Both the position numbers and the translations under genes were made by a program. This document shows positions 13,042-26,482 of a DNA stretch of 64,000 nt, piece by piece. Position 1 is the stretch's first letter. Every line of letters begins with the position of its first letter. The notes under the pieces were generated by a model that saw only the letters and a program-made list of their open reading frames with translations, ran no database searches and was not told where the DNA came from. The DNA comes from Pristiophorus japonicus (Eukaryota): NCBI RefSeq assembly GCF_044704955.1, contig NC_091980.1, positions 130,944,001-131,008,000 on the forward strand, written 5' to 3'.

Positions 13042-13859
13042 ATATGAATGGAGGTTGTGCTGCAAGTTATTCAACCATGATGGGAGCAGGTGGAAGAGAA
13101 GCTGTCCCAGAACCACAGGCACTGTATCCACACCAACCAATGAAGCTGTGACAGCAAGCTGATGCCACCTGTCGCTTTCCCTCCTCACCCAATTGTAGTG
13201 CCCAGTGTTCAGTATGCTGAGACATTGCTTGTCTGCCTACAAAGCTTCACTGCTGTAAAGGTTTTCTGATGTGAGTCCAGTTACTGAACTACCTGGATAG
13301 CTGAACAGGATCTGTTGAAGAGCAGTTTGTATTCAGTAGCTGCAAGAGGCAGATACACTAAATCGGAAGCTAATCCAGGACTTTTACTTCACTGGACTTA
13401 AATGGTGCAACAATGAATTACTGGCAAATTGGCCTTGTGTTTAACAGATGTTTTCTCTTGTTGAATTGAATTGTCATTTGTACAAAAACAGATAGTTGGA
13501 ACAGGTAATTTTATACAGCTTCTAAGTCCCAAGCTCTAGAGATGCCTCCCTAAACATGTCTGTACCTCCTTAATACATACCTCTGATCAGGCTTTTGGTC
13601 ACTGGGTCAATATCCCATGGGGCTGCCAGTTGTCCGAACACACCCTTGAACATTTTAGATCTTACAACAGGTGCCTGAATATCCCAGTCAATACAAAGAA
13701 ATTACACTATAGGAAAAACACATTTCATCAGACTGAATCCCATATAACTGTTGCACAGCTCAGTGTAATTCTTGTTTGATGAAAACCAAGTTGTTTTAAA
13801 TGAAAATAAGTAACCACTCAAACTTACAAGGCGACAAAACACAGTCCAATGTTGAACAG

Positions 13860-13865
13860 TTTATT
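13860..13865 (-). terminator. Polyadenylation signal AATAAA of ferritin A1
   Basis: TTTATT on the + strand ~120 nt past the stop; equivalent signals at ~20008 (B1), 33586 (C1) and ~55161 (B2). Confidence 0.7.
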
Positions 13866-13985
13866 TACAGTTATGGGTTTCAGCTCTTTGTATAAAGTAC
13901 AAGCCTTCATTCCTGACAGGACAGGGGCCTGATTATATAAATACAAGTAATAAACAAAATAAGCTTGATCCCATCAGTTAGTTTA

Positions 13986-14159
<174 letters not shown>

Positions 14160-15349
14160 CTAGTTATGGCCAGTAGCAGATATCAACGAACATCAGAGCA
14201 TTCCCTCGCGTTAGGATTTTAATTCTCGAGGAGTGGAGAAGGATCAGGTCGGGCAATTGAGATTGACGTATATTTGCTCTAATGATCGACTAACTCCTGT
14301 ATAATGTGAGCTCAGATCCTGGAAACGTTGGGACACATTTACTTCTCAATGTCCACAGTCGGCCAACTTCCCGGTCCTCTCCCCACCCCCTGAAGAACCC
14401 AGGAGAAACCCTCCCCAAAAACAAAGCTATTGTTCTGAGATCTTTTGAAACAGCTCACGGACAGCAATGTTCCACTACCTTCAACTTACCCAGAAACCCA
14501 CATGAGGAATTTACATGAGGGTCAGTGCTCCCAGTGGAGAGTTTGTGCAGATCCAGCAGACTCTGGTTGACATTCTTCTGCATCTGCAGAGCTCTCTGCA
14601 TCACTTCCAGACCATTGCTCCACTCATCCTGCTCTGGTTTCTGAAGAGGAAAGTCACAGGCAGTTCACTTACAATGGAACAAACAAAATACACCAGACAG
14701 TACAAGGAAAATAGGGGTTTGAAAAAGCAACGAGACATCGATGTTACCATAAACAATGTGTCATAGGAATATAGAAATAATGCATTACACTACCACAACC
14801 ATGGAACCAATTGCTTTCGGAGGTATTTGAAACAATCAGGTCCAAAGGTATCCAGACAGAAGGCCACTAGTTTATTGAACTGAACCTTGATGTCAGACAA
14901 GATGATCCGTCCTCCACGGCGATTCTAGAATTCCATCAGTTTCTCAGCATGCTCACTTTCCTCATGTGACTGCTCCTTGAAGAACTCAGCAAAGTGACGC
15001 AGGGCAACATCATCCCGGTCAAAGTAGAAGGACTGCAGAAAGAATTTAAAACAGCTTCTTTAGACCTTGATCTTCATATACAATGCAGAGTTATTTTTTC
15101 CCTAGTTAGTGAATTCTTAATCCTTCAAAAATAGACACCATTTGTAAACTAGCAAAATGCCATTGACTTCATCAATCAGAGTTGAGCCTCACCTCCCTAT
15201 AGCACGATGAAAATTTTTCTTTGCTGGATGAACCTATAAACCTAAAGTTCAGGATATTTCATGTCCAATCAAACTAAATTCCACTCCTGGATAAGCAATA
15301 CCTCCTCTACTTTCTGTCATTCACACAAGAGTGTGTCAGTCATCAGGTG

Positions 15350-15730
15350 GATGTGAAAGATTAAGGAGGAGAGATTGAGCAGACTAGACCTCTATTCTAG
15401 AGTTTAGAAGGATTAGAGGTGATCTCATTAGAAACATACACAATTCTTACAGGGCTTGAAGGATTAGATGCAGGGAGAATGGTTCCCCTTGCTGGTGAGT
15501 CGAGAACCAGGGGTCAGTTATTGAGGTCAGAGGTGAGGAGGAATTTCTTCACTCAGGGTGGGACTCTTTGGCATTCTCTACCCCAGGAGCTGCAGAGGCT
15601 CAGTATATGCACAAGAAAGAGAAAGAGTAAGAGGAAAAGAGAAAGAGCGAATTTTTTAGATACCAAGGGATCTGGGGACAGTGCAGGAAGTGGAGTTGCA
15701 GTACAAGATCAGCAATGATCTTAGTGAATG
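15350..15730 (+). mobile_element. Old CR1 3' fragment in ferritin A intron 1 (copy ~50520-50860)
   Basis: LETYTILTG...ESRTRG...RRNFFTQ, the CR1 ORF2 C-terminus. Confidence 0.7.
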
Positions 15731-15769
15731 ACAGGAATAGGCCATTGGCCCCTCAAGCCTGTTCGATGT

Positions 15770-15990
15770 TCTCAGTACTACTGCAGGGAGCTCTCTGCAG
15801 TGTCCTGGCCAATATTTATCCCTCAACCAACACCACTAAAATAGATGATCTGATCATTATCTCATTGCAGTTTGTGGGAGCTTACTGTGCACTAATTGGC
15901 TGCTGCATTTCCCACATAACAGGTAACTACTTCATTGGAATGTCCCAATGTGTTTTGTTGCCAAGGTAGTGAAAGGCATTATAGAAATTA
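15770..15990 (+). mobile_element. Deu-domain-like SINE fragment in ferritin A intron 1 (copy ~50900-51125)
   Basis: 'gtcctggccaatatttatccctcaaccaacacc' is the reverse complement of the element at 24330-24600; resemblance to SacSINE1/AmnSINE1 is from memory. Confidence 0.5.
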
Positions 15991-16640
15991 TTATTCTTCC
16001 ATTCTAGTCCAAGTTTGGGCAAGGAGTGAGAAAAATCCTCCACTCCAATAGTTTACACAGCAATAGTGTGATAGAGATCTCAGCACATTGAGCAAGGCTC
16101 CAACACCAGGATTCTCAGTACTTCACCTCCAATAAGAACACTCGGAGGACCTGCCCACATTTCACTCACTACAGTCCCCCCACTGAAACTGAACAACAGG
16201 CCCCTGACCAGGTTTGTGCTCTTCTGTCACACACTCAGGCAGCAGCTGGGCTGGTTTCAGATATTAAACTTCAATAGAGGGTAGCTGCAACAGGTAGCAG
16301 TCCATTAAATCAACAAGATCTCCCTGTATTACACACCTGAAGTGCTCACTACCCAAAGACTCTTCTCCATCAGGAAAGGAAGTCCAGAGAAAAACAACTT
16401 AAAGCCAGTTCATTGAACTGGAGAATTAACAACTTTTCAGAATGCAGCAACAAGGAATACACAACTCACCATGGAGAGGTAAACATAGGAGGAACAGAGC
16501 TCCATGTTGATCTGCTTGTTGACAGCTGCCTCACAGTCCTTGAGGTAGTTCTGACACACTTGGGAAGCAATCTTCACAATATATATTTCACTATCACCTG
16601 CACAGATCTAGAAATCACTCTGTGATTGCACAAGCTCCTG

Positions 16641-16750
16641 TATTTATACTATTGGAACAGCTGCATTCAAACAGGGTATGACATCACCATCGATGATTGA
16701 CAATCCCTGAGAGCCAATCAGGAATCTTCCCTGAATTCAGGCACCAATTA
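16641..16750 (-). promoter_or_regulatory. Promoter of ferritin A1: TATAAATA (16648-16641), TGACATCA CRE-like site, two CCAAT boxes
   Basis: Same motifs, with near-identical spacing, upstream of A2 (TATA 51797-51790). Confidence 0.7.
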
Positions 16751-17229
16751 ACAAAGGAGAGGGGGTTTGGAGGAGGGGGCAGGGGGAGATCAGCCTCAGT
16801 GATGTCACTGCCTTTGGGTTCCTTGAACATCTTCAAATCTGAAAGTGTGCCATTGTTGAATGCTCTCACTTGAATGATATGATAATTTTCTACTTTTGCC
16901 GAAGGGGTTTTTCATAATCTGGCCAAGTTTGTTACTTGCAAGTTTCTGTGGCACTGAGACAATATTCAAAGCGATCAAGTCATCTTGGTGCATTTACAAA
17001 CCAACCATTGGCCAGTGGAATGAGAATTCCATCCTGTGGATGGTGTGAACTGCCCCCAGTTCGAATATAGAGAATGGGCATGTGTCTGAGGATCGGCTAC
17101 TTGGGGGCATCAACAATGTGTCATTTTTATTCTCATGGAATGATGCCTGGTAAAATTCAATATAGTGAGTGAGAATGAGAGGGAGTGAACATTACTGAAC
17201 ACATTGTCACCCACAGACACATCTCCATT

Positions 17230-17590
17230 TGATAGAGGGATTCAAAATCATGAGGTGTCTGGACAGAGTCGACAGTCAGTAACTGTTCCCATTGGCGGAA
17301 GGGTCGAGAACCAGAGGACACAGATTTAAAGTGACTGGCAAAAGAACCAAAGGCGATATGTTTACACAGCGAGTGGTTGGGATCTGGAATGCAATGCCCG
17401 AGAGGGTGGTGGAGGTAGACTCAATCGTGGCTTTCAAAAGGGAATTAGATAAGTACCTGTAGGAACAATTAATAGCAAAGCTGCGGGGAAAGGTCGCAGA
17501 AGTGGGACTAGCTGAAGCGCTTTTGCAGAGAGCCGGCACGGGCTCGATGGGCTGAATGGCCTCCCTCTGTGCTGTAACCATTCTATGATT
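17230..17590 (+). mobile_element. CR1 3' fragment (copy ~52380-52740)
   Basis: ELFPLxEGSRTRGHRFK...FTQRVVGIWNA, ending in a 'ttctatgattcta' tail. Confidence 0.75.
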
Positions 17591-18271
17591 CTAGGATTTG
17601 CTCCAGCGTGTTTTGGGGCAGGCTTCATGGACCAGCTGGTCTTTTCTTGCGCCTCAATTTGGTGTGTTAGACGTGTCCTTTTACAGTCGACTTTCAGTGA
17701 GGCGAAAAAATATTTAAATCTGATTGAAATGATGAGGCTCAGAAGTGCTCTAACTGTCTGGCTCATCATAGATTCTATCAGCACAGAAAGAGGCCATTTG
17801 GCCCATTGTGCCTGTGCAGGCACTTTGAAAGAGCGATCCAATTAGTCCCACTCCTCACCTCCATCCCCATATCCCTGCAATTTATGTCGAGTATATATGC
17901 AACTCCCTCTTCAAAGTTACTGTTGCATCTGATTCCACTGCCCTTTCAGGCAGCGCGTTCCGGATCACAACAACTCGCTGCGTAAAAATAATCGTCCTCA
18001 TCTCTCCCCTCTGGTCGTTGGCCTTTGTCGGAGATCCAAAGCCGTGACGTCTGGTTTCAATGCAGAAGTGGTTCAGTCCTGGATTAGCTGATGAGAGGTA
18101 TTCCCTTGGATTAAAACTCTGCTTTAGATGGGGCCGAGGAGGCGACAGTGATTGAGATCCTGAGCCACCAATCACACCACAGGCACTGCACTTTCGGGGG
18201 AGATACCACCAATGAGCACAGTTGACTCACCTGAATCAAACATGTGTCCGTGTATTTACAGTTGTATTGAT

Positions 18272-18860
18272 CGAAGGAGCAGTGAGGTCGTACTGCAGTT
18301 ATACAGGGCCTTAGTGAGGCCTCACCTGGAATATTGTGTTCCGTTTTTGTCTCCTAATCTTGCTGTTGAGGGAGTGCAGCGAAGGTTCACCAGACTGATT
18401 CTCGCAATAGCAGGACTGACATATGAGGAGAGACTGGATCGACTAGGCCTGTATTCACTGGAGTTTAGAAAGATGAGAGGGGATCTCAGAAGCATATAAA
18501 GTCCTGACGGGACTGGACAGGTTAGATGCAGGAAGAATGTTCCCAATGTTGAGGAAGTCCAGAATCAGGGGACATAGTCTAAGGATAAGGGGTAAGCCAT
18601 TTAGAAAGGAGATGAGGAGAAACTTCTTGAGAATTGTTAACCTGTGGAATTCACTACCACCGAGAATGGTTAATGCCGGTTCATTGGATATATTCATGAG
18701 GGACTTAGATATGGACTTTACGGCTGAAGAGATCAAGGGGTATGGAGAGAAAGCAGTAAAGGGGTACTGAGGTGAATGATCTGTCATGATCTTATTGAAT
18801 GATGGTGTAGGCTCGAAGGGCCGAATGGCCTACTCCTGCACCTATTTTCTATGGTTCTAT
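18272..18860 (+). mobile_element. CR1 3' fragment (copy ~53455-54030)
   Basis: LYRALVRPHLEYCV...GLYSLEFR, ending in a 'ttttctatggttctatg' tail. Confidence 0.8.
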
Positions 18861-20139
18861 GCAGTGAATGTCCTGCAGTCACAAAGGGCTTCAAGCAAAC
18901 TGATGGACATCACAGGGTCATATTCATTGACCAATCCGTGAGCACCAGATACTACTAATTACTATATGTTGACTGGAAACTTCTTTGAGATGCAATAACA
19001 TGGAATGACACAACTGAAATTTCATTGCACTCCCTGCAGTTCTGAACTAATTTTCTCAAATTAGTTCATGTAAATGTGAAGTTGAGGGTAGATTTCCCAG
19101 TCACCCAATTGTACTTCCCTTGCCCCCTAGCAGCATGGCTCACTCAATAAGCTCAGAGAGTGGGTGTGGAGATCAGCATTCTGTGCTACTTTGCCCACAA
19201 CGCTGACGAGAAAATCAATAGCAACGATGAGTTTGGTTGAGTGGGTGACGTGCAGTGTATTCTACAGGAGTAACTCAGAGCGGCATTGGTAGCTTACTTT
19301 AAATAAATACCTAAACTGGAAGTGTTCATTTGGAATGAACTGGTTAAACGCTAATGGACTGGAAAACTCTCCATGCATTAAACATGACAGCAGCTGACAT
19401 TTTGTTGTAGTGAGGGGTTAAATTTTTGCCATTGATACAAAGGGCAGAGAGAATATTCATCACTAGTGGGAGCAGTTACTTGTATTCAGCTGCCTTGGAT
19501 CCCTACTGTAGAGTCCCCTCCCTAAATGCTATCTACTTAAGAAATAGGAGCAGGAGTTGGCCATTTGGCCCCTCGAGCCTGCTGCACTATTCAGTAAGAT
19601 CACAGCTGACCTTGGCCTCAACTTCACTTTCCTGCATGCTCCCCATAATCATCGACTCCCAGAGAGCATACCTCTTGGCCTATGCTTCTGGGTAACTGTC
19701 CCATTCCCGTATGTGGTTCAGGACATTTTACAGGTACTACATCAAAGCAAATTGTTGGATTACAGCATTGCAACAATCACTGAAATGCACCAAATAATTT
19801 ACTCTCAATGGATGCACAGAATTGGAATGACATCTTCAACACGATACCCTAACGATGCAGCTCAACAAATCAGACATACACCAGAAGGGAAGAGGAACAA
19901 TAAAGTGATTACATAGCCCAGTGTAATTCTGGGCTGACATTAGTCTGAAAATAAGCAACCACTCACTCAAATTTACAATGATACAAAATCCCGTCCTTTT
20001 CTGAACAGTTTATTTAATTTCAAATCACGAGGCCAAGTCTCACACCATGTATAAAGTCACAGGCTGTCATTCTCTACAGGACAGAGTCTCACACACAATT
20101 ATATAAACACTCGTACTAAGCTTGTTTCTCGCAGTCAGT

Positions 20140-23100
20140 TCAATCACTTTCCCCCAGGGTGTGCTTATCAAACAGATACTTCCCCATGCCATTTTCAGGG
20201 GCTCAGTCTCTTCAAGTTGGTGATGTGATCTCCAAGCTTCTTGATCATCTTCACTTGTTCATCCAAGTAGTGTGTCTCCAGGAAGTGTCACAACAGAAGG
20301 AGAAAAGAGGGAAACTAGTTGTGACCAGGAGCAGATATCAAGGAACATCAGAGCTTACCCATCGAGAGTTTGGATTTTAATCCTCTTGAACTGGAGGATA
20401 GTCAAGTGGTGCAATTGAAATCAATGGAATTGCTGCATCATTTAGATTAAACGTGCTGCACGATAGTTGCTGGGATACATTTACTCGTCAATGTCCACAG
20501 TGGGCCAGCCTCCTGTCCCGACCGCTCCCCCCACCCACCAAAAAAAAACCCCATCATGAAGCTATTGAGCAGAGATTTTTGTAGTAGGCTCAAGGACAGC
20601 AAGGTTCCACCACCTCCAACTTACCCAGAACCCCACATGAGGAACTTACATGAGGGTCGGTGCACCCAGTGGAGAGTTTGTGCAGATCCAGCAGACTCGG
20701 TTCACATTCTTCTCCATCTGCAGAGCTCTCAGCATGGCCTCCAGACCATTGCTCCACTCATCCTGCTCTGGTTTCTGAAGAGGAAAGTCACAGTTCCTTT
20801 ACAATGGATTAAACAAACAAGTATTGAAGGAATTAGGGATGAAAAAAACAAATCAGAAGTCAAGGATACCATGAACCAATGTGTTAGAATATAGAATTAC
20901 TACATTAAGCCATCAACCACTGGAGTCAAATTGATCAGGTGAATAGCATAGATGTATTTAAGGGGGAGCTAAATAAGTACATGAGGGAAAAGGAAATAGA
21001 AGGATATGTTGCTGGATAAAGCAAGGTGGGAGGAGACATCTAGAGTCTGATCACCAGCACAGACCAGTTTGTCCAAATGGCTGGTTTCTGTGCTATAAAT
21101 TGGAACCATCTGCTTTAAAATGTATTGGGAGCAATCAGTCTAAGGGGAGCCAGACAGAAGGCCCATTGTTTATGGAGCCAAACCTTGATGTCTGCCAAGA
21201 TGATGCGGCCTCCACGCCGATTCTGGAATTCCATCAGTTTCTCAGCATGCTCACGTTCCTCATGTGACTGGTCCTTGAAGAACTCAGCAAAGTGACGCAG
21301 GGTAACATCATCCCGGTCAAAGTAGAAGGACTGCAGAGGGATCAGAAGAGTAGTTGGGTATCACATGACAGATCCATTATTGTGGGTATTGTACACAAAG
21401 CCAAACTCAATTTTGCTTCCTTCAAAGGGTTCAATATCTCCCTGAATTTCAATGTACAATGTTACACAAGCTAGCACCAGCCGACTGACTTCACTAATGT
21501 GGTAGAGAGTGGATAATCCCCGAGCAGTAGGGAAGCTGGATAATGGAAAATCAAATGTGATTGGCGAAAGGAACAGAGGCAACAAGAGACAACTTTTTTT
21601 TTTAATAAATACATCGGGTGCTTGAAAGGATGATGGCAGTAAATTAAATGGCAACAGCTTAAACAAAAAATAGACATAATAGGGACAAATTTGCAGGGCT
21701 ATGGGATAGAGCAGGGGAGTGGAACTAGTTGGATAGCTCCACCCAACAGTCAGCATGGGCAGGATGGGCCGAATGGCCTCCTTCAATGCTACATCATCCC
21801 ATGGTTACCAATTCAGCTTTGATAGAACATGCTCAAAACTATAACCTTAATCTTGGCACCCAATGCTCAAGTGTAGGTTTAGAAATTAGTGAATGATTAT
21901 TATTAACAGTACCATTCCAATCATGGTTTATTGACCAAGATCCATTTTGTACAGACTAGCCAAGGGGCACGACCGGAACTAGAAGCAAAGCCCTTAAAGT
22001 AGAGATCTAGTCACAGCACACAATTCACATAGTACATCTGGCCCAAGTGTTACTGGCTACATTCATCCCGTGGAGCCAAAACCACACAGCATTCATTTGG
22101 CACCTTCAAAACTAAACATCAAGGCATTCCAGCGGACAACCAGATACCACCCCTCAGCTTGAGGTCATCAATGAAGGTCAAGGTAGGGAAGCAGAGGGGT
22201 TAAGGGAGAGTTCCACCGAGTAGGGGGGAAATGGCTGAAGGCTTTACCACTAATAAAGCAAAAGGGAGTTAGAGAAAAAAAAGACAGAAGGGCAAAAACT
22301 GGTAACTAAAGTGAGGAGTTCAAGAACATTAGGAACAGGATTGGCCATTCAGCCCCTCAAACCAGTTCCACCATTCAATTTGGTCAGATCTGCAGCTTAA
22401 CTCCATTTATCCAGCAAGTAATTGGGAAAGCAAATGGTTTGTGAGCTTTTGTTACAAAGGGATTGGAGTTTGTGTAAAAGTCTAGCTATAATTATACAGG
22501 ACATTCTGGGTGTCCTCACCAAAGTATTGTGTACAGTGCTGGTCTCCTTACCAAACAAAGGACATACTTGAATTAGAGATGGAACAACAAAGGTACACTA
22601 GACTGGTTCCTGGAATGATGATGGGATGGCCCTATGTGGAAAGATTGAGTAGACTAGGCCAATGTTCGAGAGTTTAGTAGAATGAGGTGCAAATCTAATT
22701 CAATAAAATTCTTCAGGGGCTTCACAGTATTAATGCAGAAATAATGTTTACCCTAACTGGGGAAATCTAGAACCAGGGGGTCACAGTCTGAGAATTAGGG
22801 GTTGGCCATTAAAGACTGAGAGGAGTTGAAATTTCCTCACTCAGAGGGTGATGAATTTATGGAACTCTCTACCCCAGAGGGCTGTGGATGCTCAGTCGTT
22901 GAGTATGTTCAAGACAGAGGTCAACAAATTTTTGGAAAGTAAAGAAATTATGGCCCAAGGGATAGTGTGGGAAGATGGAATTGAAGGAGAAGATCAGCCA
23001 AATGGCCTACTCCTATTTTTTTAATGTTCTAATCCCTTGATACCCTTACCCATCAAAAACCTTGCCCAGGCAGCCACGGCCTTGGGTGGGTGGAATGCAG

Positions 23101-23397
23101 GAAGCAAGGAGAGAGAATATGTTCCAGACTTCCAACACACGTGTGAAAAGTTGCTTCCCGACTTCTATTATAGTATAGCTTTAACAAATGAATTCACTGT
23201 GCATCTAGTGAGGAGTGGGCCAGATACAGCACAGAATCTAGTAAATTGGCATTGCAACAGGTGCATTGTGAAGTGCTCAGAAATACAAAACTCACTATGG
23301 AGAGATAAACATAGGAGGAACAGAGCTCCATGTTGACCTGCTGGTTGACAACAGCCTCACAGTCCTTGTGGTAGTTCTGACACACTTGAGAAGCCAT
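20140..23397 (-). pseudogene. fth1-like: Ferritin H/M-type pseudogene, copy B1
   Basis: Exons 23397-23296 ([34 protein letters not shown]), 21330-21184, 20774-20650 (125 bp, 1-bp deletion at ~20698) and 20293-20140. Exon 4 has acceptor CAG>CTG, TGT GAC>TGA CAC, and a 2-bp deletion at ~20204. Confidence 0.92.
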
Positions 23398-23430
23398 CCT
23401 AAGTTGCTTTTCCAAAAATCTATGCCTCGT

Positions 23431-23640
23431 TGAAGCAAGAAGCTAAGAGTTAGCTAATTTCATACTCCTGTCTTTATACTGTTGGATAATCCAGAGCGTG
23501 ACAGTCAAGCTGTGAGTGACATTCCTCAATACTCAATCACAAGTTGCAGCCTCTGTCAGAGCACCAATCATGTAAAGGGAGGAGGGGCCATAACTCCCAG
23601 AGCCAGTCACGAACTTTGATGAATGAGCATCATTGGCTGA
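23431..23640 (-). promoter_or_regulatory. Promoter of ferritin B1: TATAAAGA (23438-23431), CCAAT at 23564, ATTGG at ~23632
   Basis: Layout conserved upstream of B2 (~57733-57890) and C1 (38052-38215). Confidence 0.65.
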
Positions 23641-23683
23641 CTCTTCTTTTTGTTGGTGGTAATTGTCAATTTAAAGTCAAGAA

Positions 23684-23965
23684 TGGGCCCCTTTTTAAAA
23701 GGGCACAACCAATAAAGACTGCAACTTAACAAAAGATGTTAAAGGAAACTTAACAAATTAAATTAAAATTCTATACCCAAGGTGATGATGCACTCCAGTC
23801 CCTCCTCTCACGGAAGGCTGCGAGCGTGCCGATGGACACCGCATGCTCCATCTCCAGGGACACCCAGGTGCGAACGTAGCCACGGAAGAGAGGTGGGCAG
23901 TCGGGCTGAACGATCACCTCGAATGCCCGCTGGCCAGCACTGTTGCCGGCCTCTTGCCCAGGTTA
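23684..23965 (-). mobile_element. Old Tx1-type LINE 3' fragment upstream of the B promoter (also ~38365-38610 and ~57935-58210)
   Basis: Reverse complement of the 3' end of the Tx1 copy at 39200-39480 ('gtgtccctggagatggagca...gagggactggagtgcatcatc'). Confidence 0.75.
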
Positions 23966-24329
23966 ATTGAATCTTCCGTTGTGTGCGAGTCAGTGACTTT
24001 TTAATAGTTCTGTGCGGTTCAGTGGGTTGGTAAATTTCAGATATCTGTGGATGCAACATCCAATGACGGAGCAATGAGTCTGCAATGCAACCGACAGCAG
24101 GTCAGGTGAATGGTCAGTGTGTGTGAGGAATTTGACAAGCGCAAGTGCTCAGATACTCCATCACTTCCAAGTTTAGTGAGCACCTGTACACACAGGAGTT
24201 AGAATGTGGCACGGACCGTGGGATTTTGAGTTCTTGTTATGTTACCATGACATTTTACAAGCAATGAAATGGACTGCAGTCCAAAAAGACAAAATATCGC
24301 CCTGCACCTGGACTTCATTGTGGCAGCCT

Positions 24330-24590
24330 TGGGAACATTTATCGTCTTAGAAAGAAGAAAGAATTCCATTTATATAGCCCTTTCATGGTCTCAGGATGTC
24401 TTAGAGCTCTTTACAACCAATCAAGTTCAGCAGTGTGTTAATGACCAGATAATCTGTTTTGGTTGCGGGATAAATATTGTCAAGGACACCGGAGAGAACT
24501 TCCCCCTGCGCTTCTTCGAAATAGCATTCTGAGATTTTTTATGTCCAACTAAGAGAACAGATGGTTTAGCATCTCAGCTGAAAGATGGCA
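24330..24590 (-). mobile_element. Deu-domain-like SINE (copy ~58600-58835)
   Basis: 'gggataaatattgtcaaggacacc...gaaagatggcacctcc' is the inverse of the 15770 element. Confidence 0.5.
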
Positions 24591-24819
24591 CCTCCAACAG
24601 TGCAGCAATCCCTCAGTACTGCCCCTCTGACAGTGCAGCAATCCCTCAGTACTGCCCCTCCGACAGTGCAGAACCCTGTCAGTACGGCCCCTCTGACAAT
24701 GCAATGCTCCCTCAGTACTTCCCCTCAACACTGCAGCACTCCCTTCGTACTGCCCCTCCGACAGTGCGGCGCTCCCTCAGTACTGCCACTCCGACAGTGC
24801 GGCACTCCCTCAGTACTGT
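24591..24819. repeat. 33-bp minisatellite, 7 units (cctccgacagtgcggcactccctcagtactgcc)
   Basis: Direct reading; the unit-2 copy at ~58837-58999 has 5 units. Confidence 0.9.
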
Positions 24820-24858
24820 GCATGTGTGTGTGTGGAGGCAGGGTTATTGAAGACATTT

Positions 24859-25951
24859 AAACATAGAAACATAGAAAATAGGTGCAGGAGTAGGCCATTC
24901 GGCCCTTCTAGCCTGCACCGCCATTCAATGAGTTCATGGCTGAACATGCAACTTCAGTACCCCATTCCTGCTTTCTCGCCATACCCCTTGATCCCCCTAG
25001 CAGTAAGGACCTCATCTAACTCCTTTTTGAATATATTTAGTGAATTGGCCTCAACAACTTTCTGTGGTAGAGAATTCCACAGGTTCACCACTCTCTGGGT
25101 GAAGAAGTTCCTCCGCATCTCGGTCCTAAATGGCTTACCCCTTATCCTTAGACTGTGACCCCTGGTTCTGGACTTCCCCAACATTGGGAACATTCTTCCT
25201 GCATCTAACCTGTCTAACCCCGTCAGAATTTTATATGTTTCTATGAGGTCCCCTCTCATTCTTCTGAACTCCAGTGAATACAAGCCCAGTTGATCCAGTC
25301 TTTCTTGATAGGTCAGTCCCGCCATCCCGGGAATCAGTCTGGTGAACCTTCGCTGCACTCCCTCAATAGTAAGAATGTCCTTCCTCAGGTTAGGAGACCA
25401 AAACTGTACACAATACTCCAGGTGTGGCCTCACCAATGCCCTGTACAACTGTAGCAACACCTCCCTGCCCCTGTACTCAAATCCCCTTGCTATGAAGGCC
25501 AACATGCCATTTGCTTTCTTAACCGCCTGCTGCACCTGCATGCCAACCTTCAATGACTGATGTACCATGACACCCAGGTCTCTTTGCACCTCCCCTTTTC
25601 CTAATCTGTCACCATTCAGATAATAGTCTGTCTCTCTGTTTTTACCACCAAAGTGGATAACCTCACATTTATCCACATTATACTTCATCTGCCATGCATT
25701 TGCCCACTCACCTAACCTATCCAAGTCGCTCTGCAGCCTCACAGCATCCTCCTCGCAGCTCACACTGCCACCCAACTTAGTGTCATCCGCAAATTTGGAG
25801 ATACTACATTTAATCCCCTCATCTAAATCATTAATGTACAGTGTAAACAGCTGGGGCCCCAGCACAGAACCTTGCGGTACCCCACTAGTCACTGCCTGCC
25901 ATTCTGAAAAGTACCCATTACTCCTACTCTTTGCTTCCTGTCTGACAACCA
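24859..25951 (-). mobile_element. Young 5'-truncated CR1 LINE
   Basis: Uninterrupted ORF 24954..25982 (GVPQGSVLGP, FADD, RPHLEYC), 3' (TTTCTATG)n tail; absent from unit 2 at ~59040. Confidence 0.92.
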
Positions 25952-26253
25952 GGTGGAGATAGATAGATAGATTTTTGAACAATAGGGGTCAAGGATTATG
26001 GGGAACAGATAGGAAAGTCTTGAGACCAAGATCAGATCAGCTATGATTATATTGAATGGCAGAGCAGGCTCGAGGTGCCAAGTGCCATAAGCGTGTTATG
26101 TAAACCTCTCTGCCTCCTTTACGACACTAAAATGTACCTATGGTCCCACTGCCTTATGTGGCTGAACAAACGTGAACATTTTCAACTGTTGTATTACATC
26201 ATTGCAACGTTAGATTGAAATGCATGAATAGAATTTGCAAGATATACTCTTAT

Positions 26254-26462
26254 GTATTAATGCTTGGGAGTCACAAGACACCAGAGGGCGCCGCGGTCAG
26301 AGGTCATCGGGCTGTACGCATGTAGCATGTGTGCTTCATCAGCTGTATATAAGCTGGGTGTCTTTGTCACACTGGCACTCTTGGGCTGGACTAAAGATGG
26401 ATCAGGTTGCACCTGAGTGAGTTTACAGTAACCAGACTTTTGAGTCATTACATATACGTACA
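26254..26462 (+). mobile_element. Solo Gypsy-type LTR (copy ~59340-59548)
   Basis: TG...ACA ends, CCAGAGGGCGC motif, TATATAA, and a poly(A) signal (AATAAA in the unit-2 copy). Confidence 0.6.
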
Positions 26463-26482
26463 ATTGAAATTAGGTCTTCAAC

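Noticed and set aside
16470-16571. Non-AUG (ATT) initiation rescuing ferritin A1
   Set aside because: A1 also has an in-frame TAG in exon 2 and a ferroxidase Glu>Gln change, so decay is the simpler explanation.
24591-24819. 33-bp repeats of CRISPR-like length
   Set aside because: Head-to-tail minisatellite without spacers; the overlapping ORFs are repeat translations.
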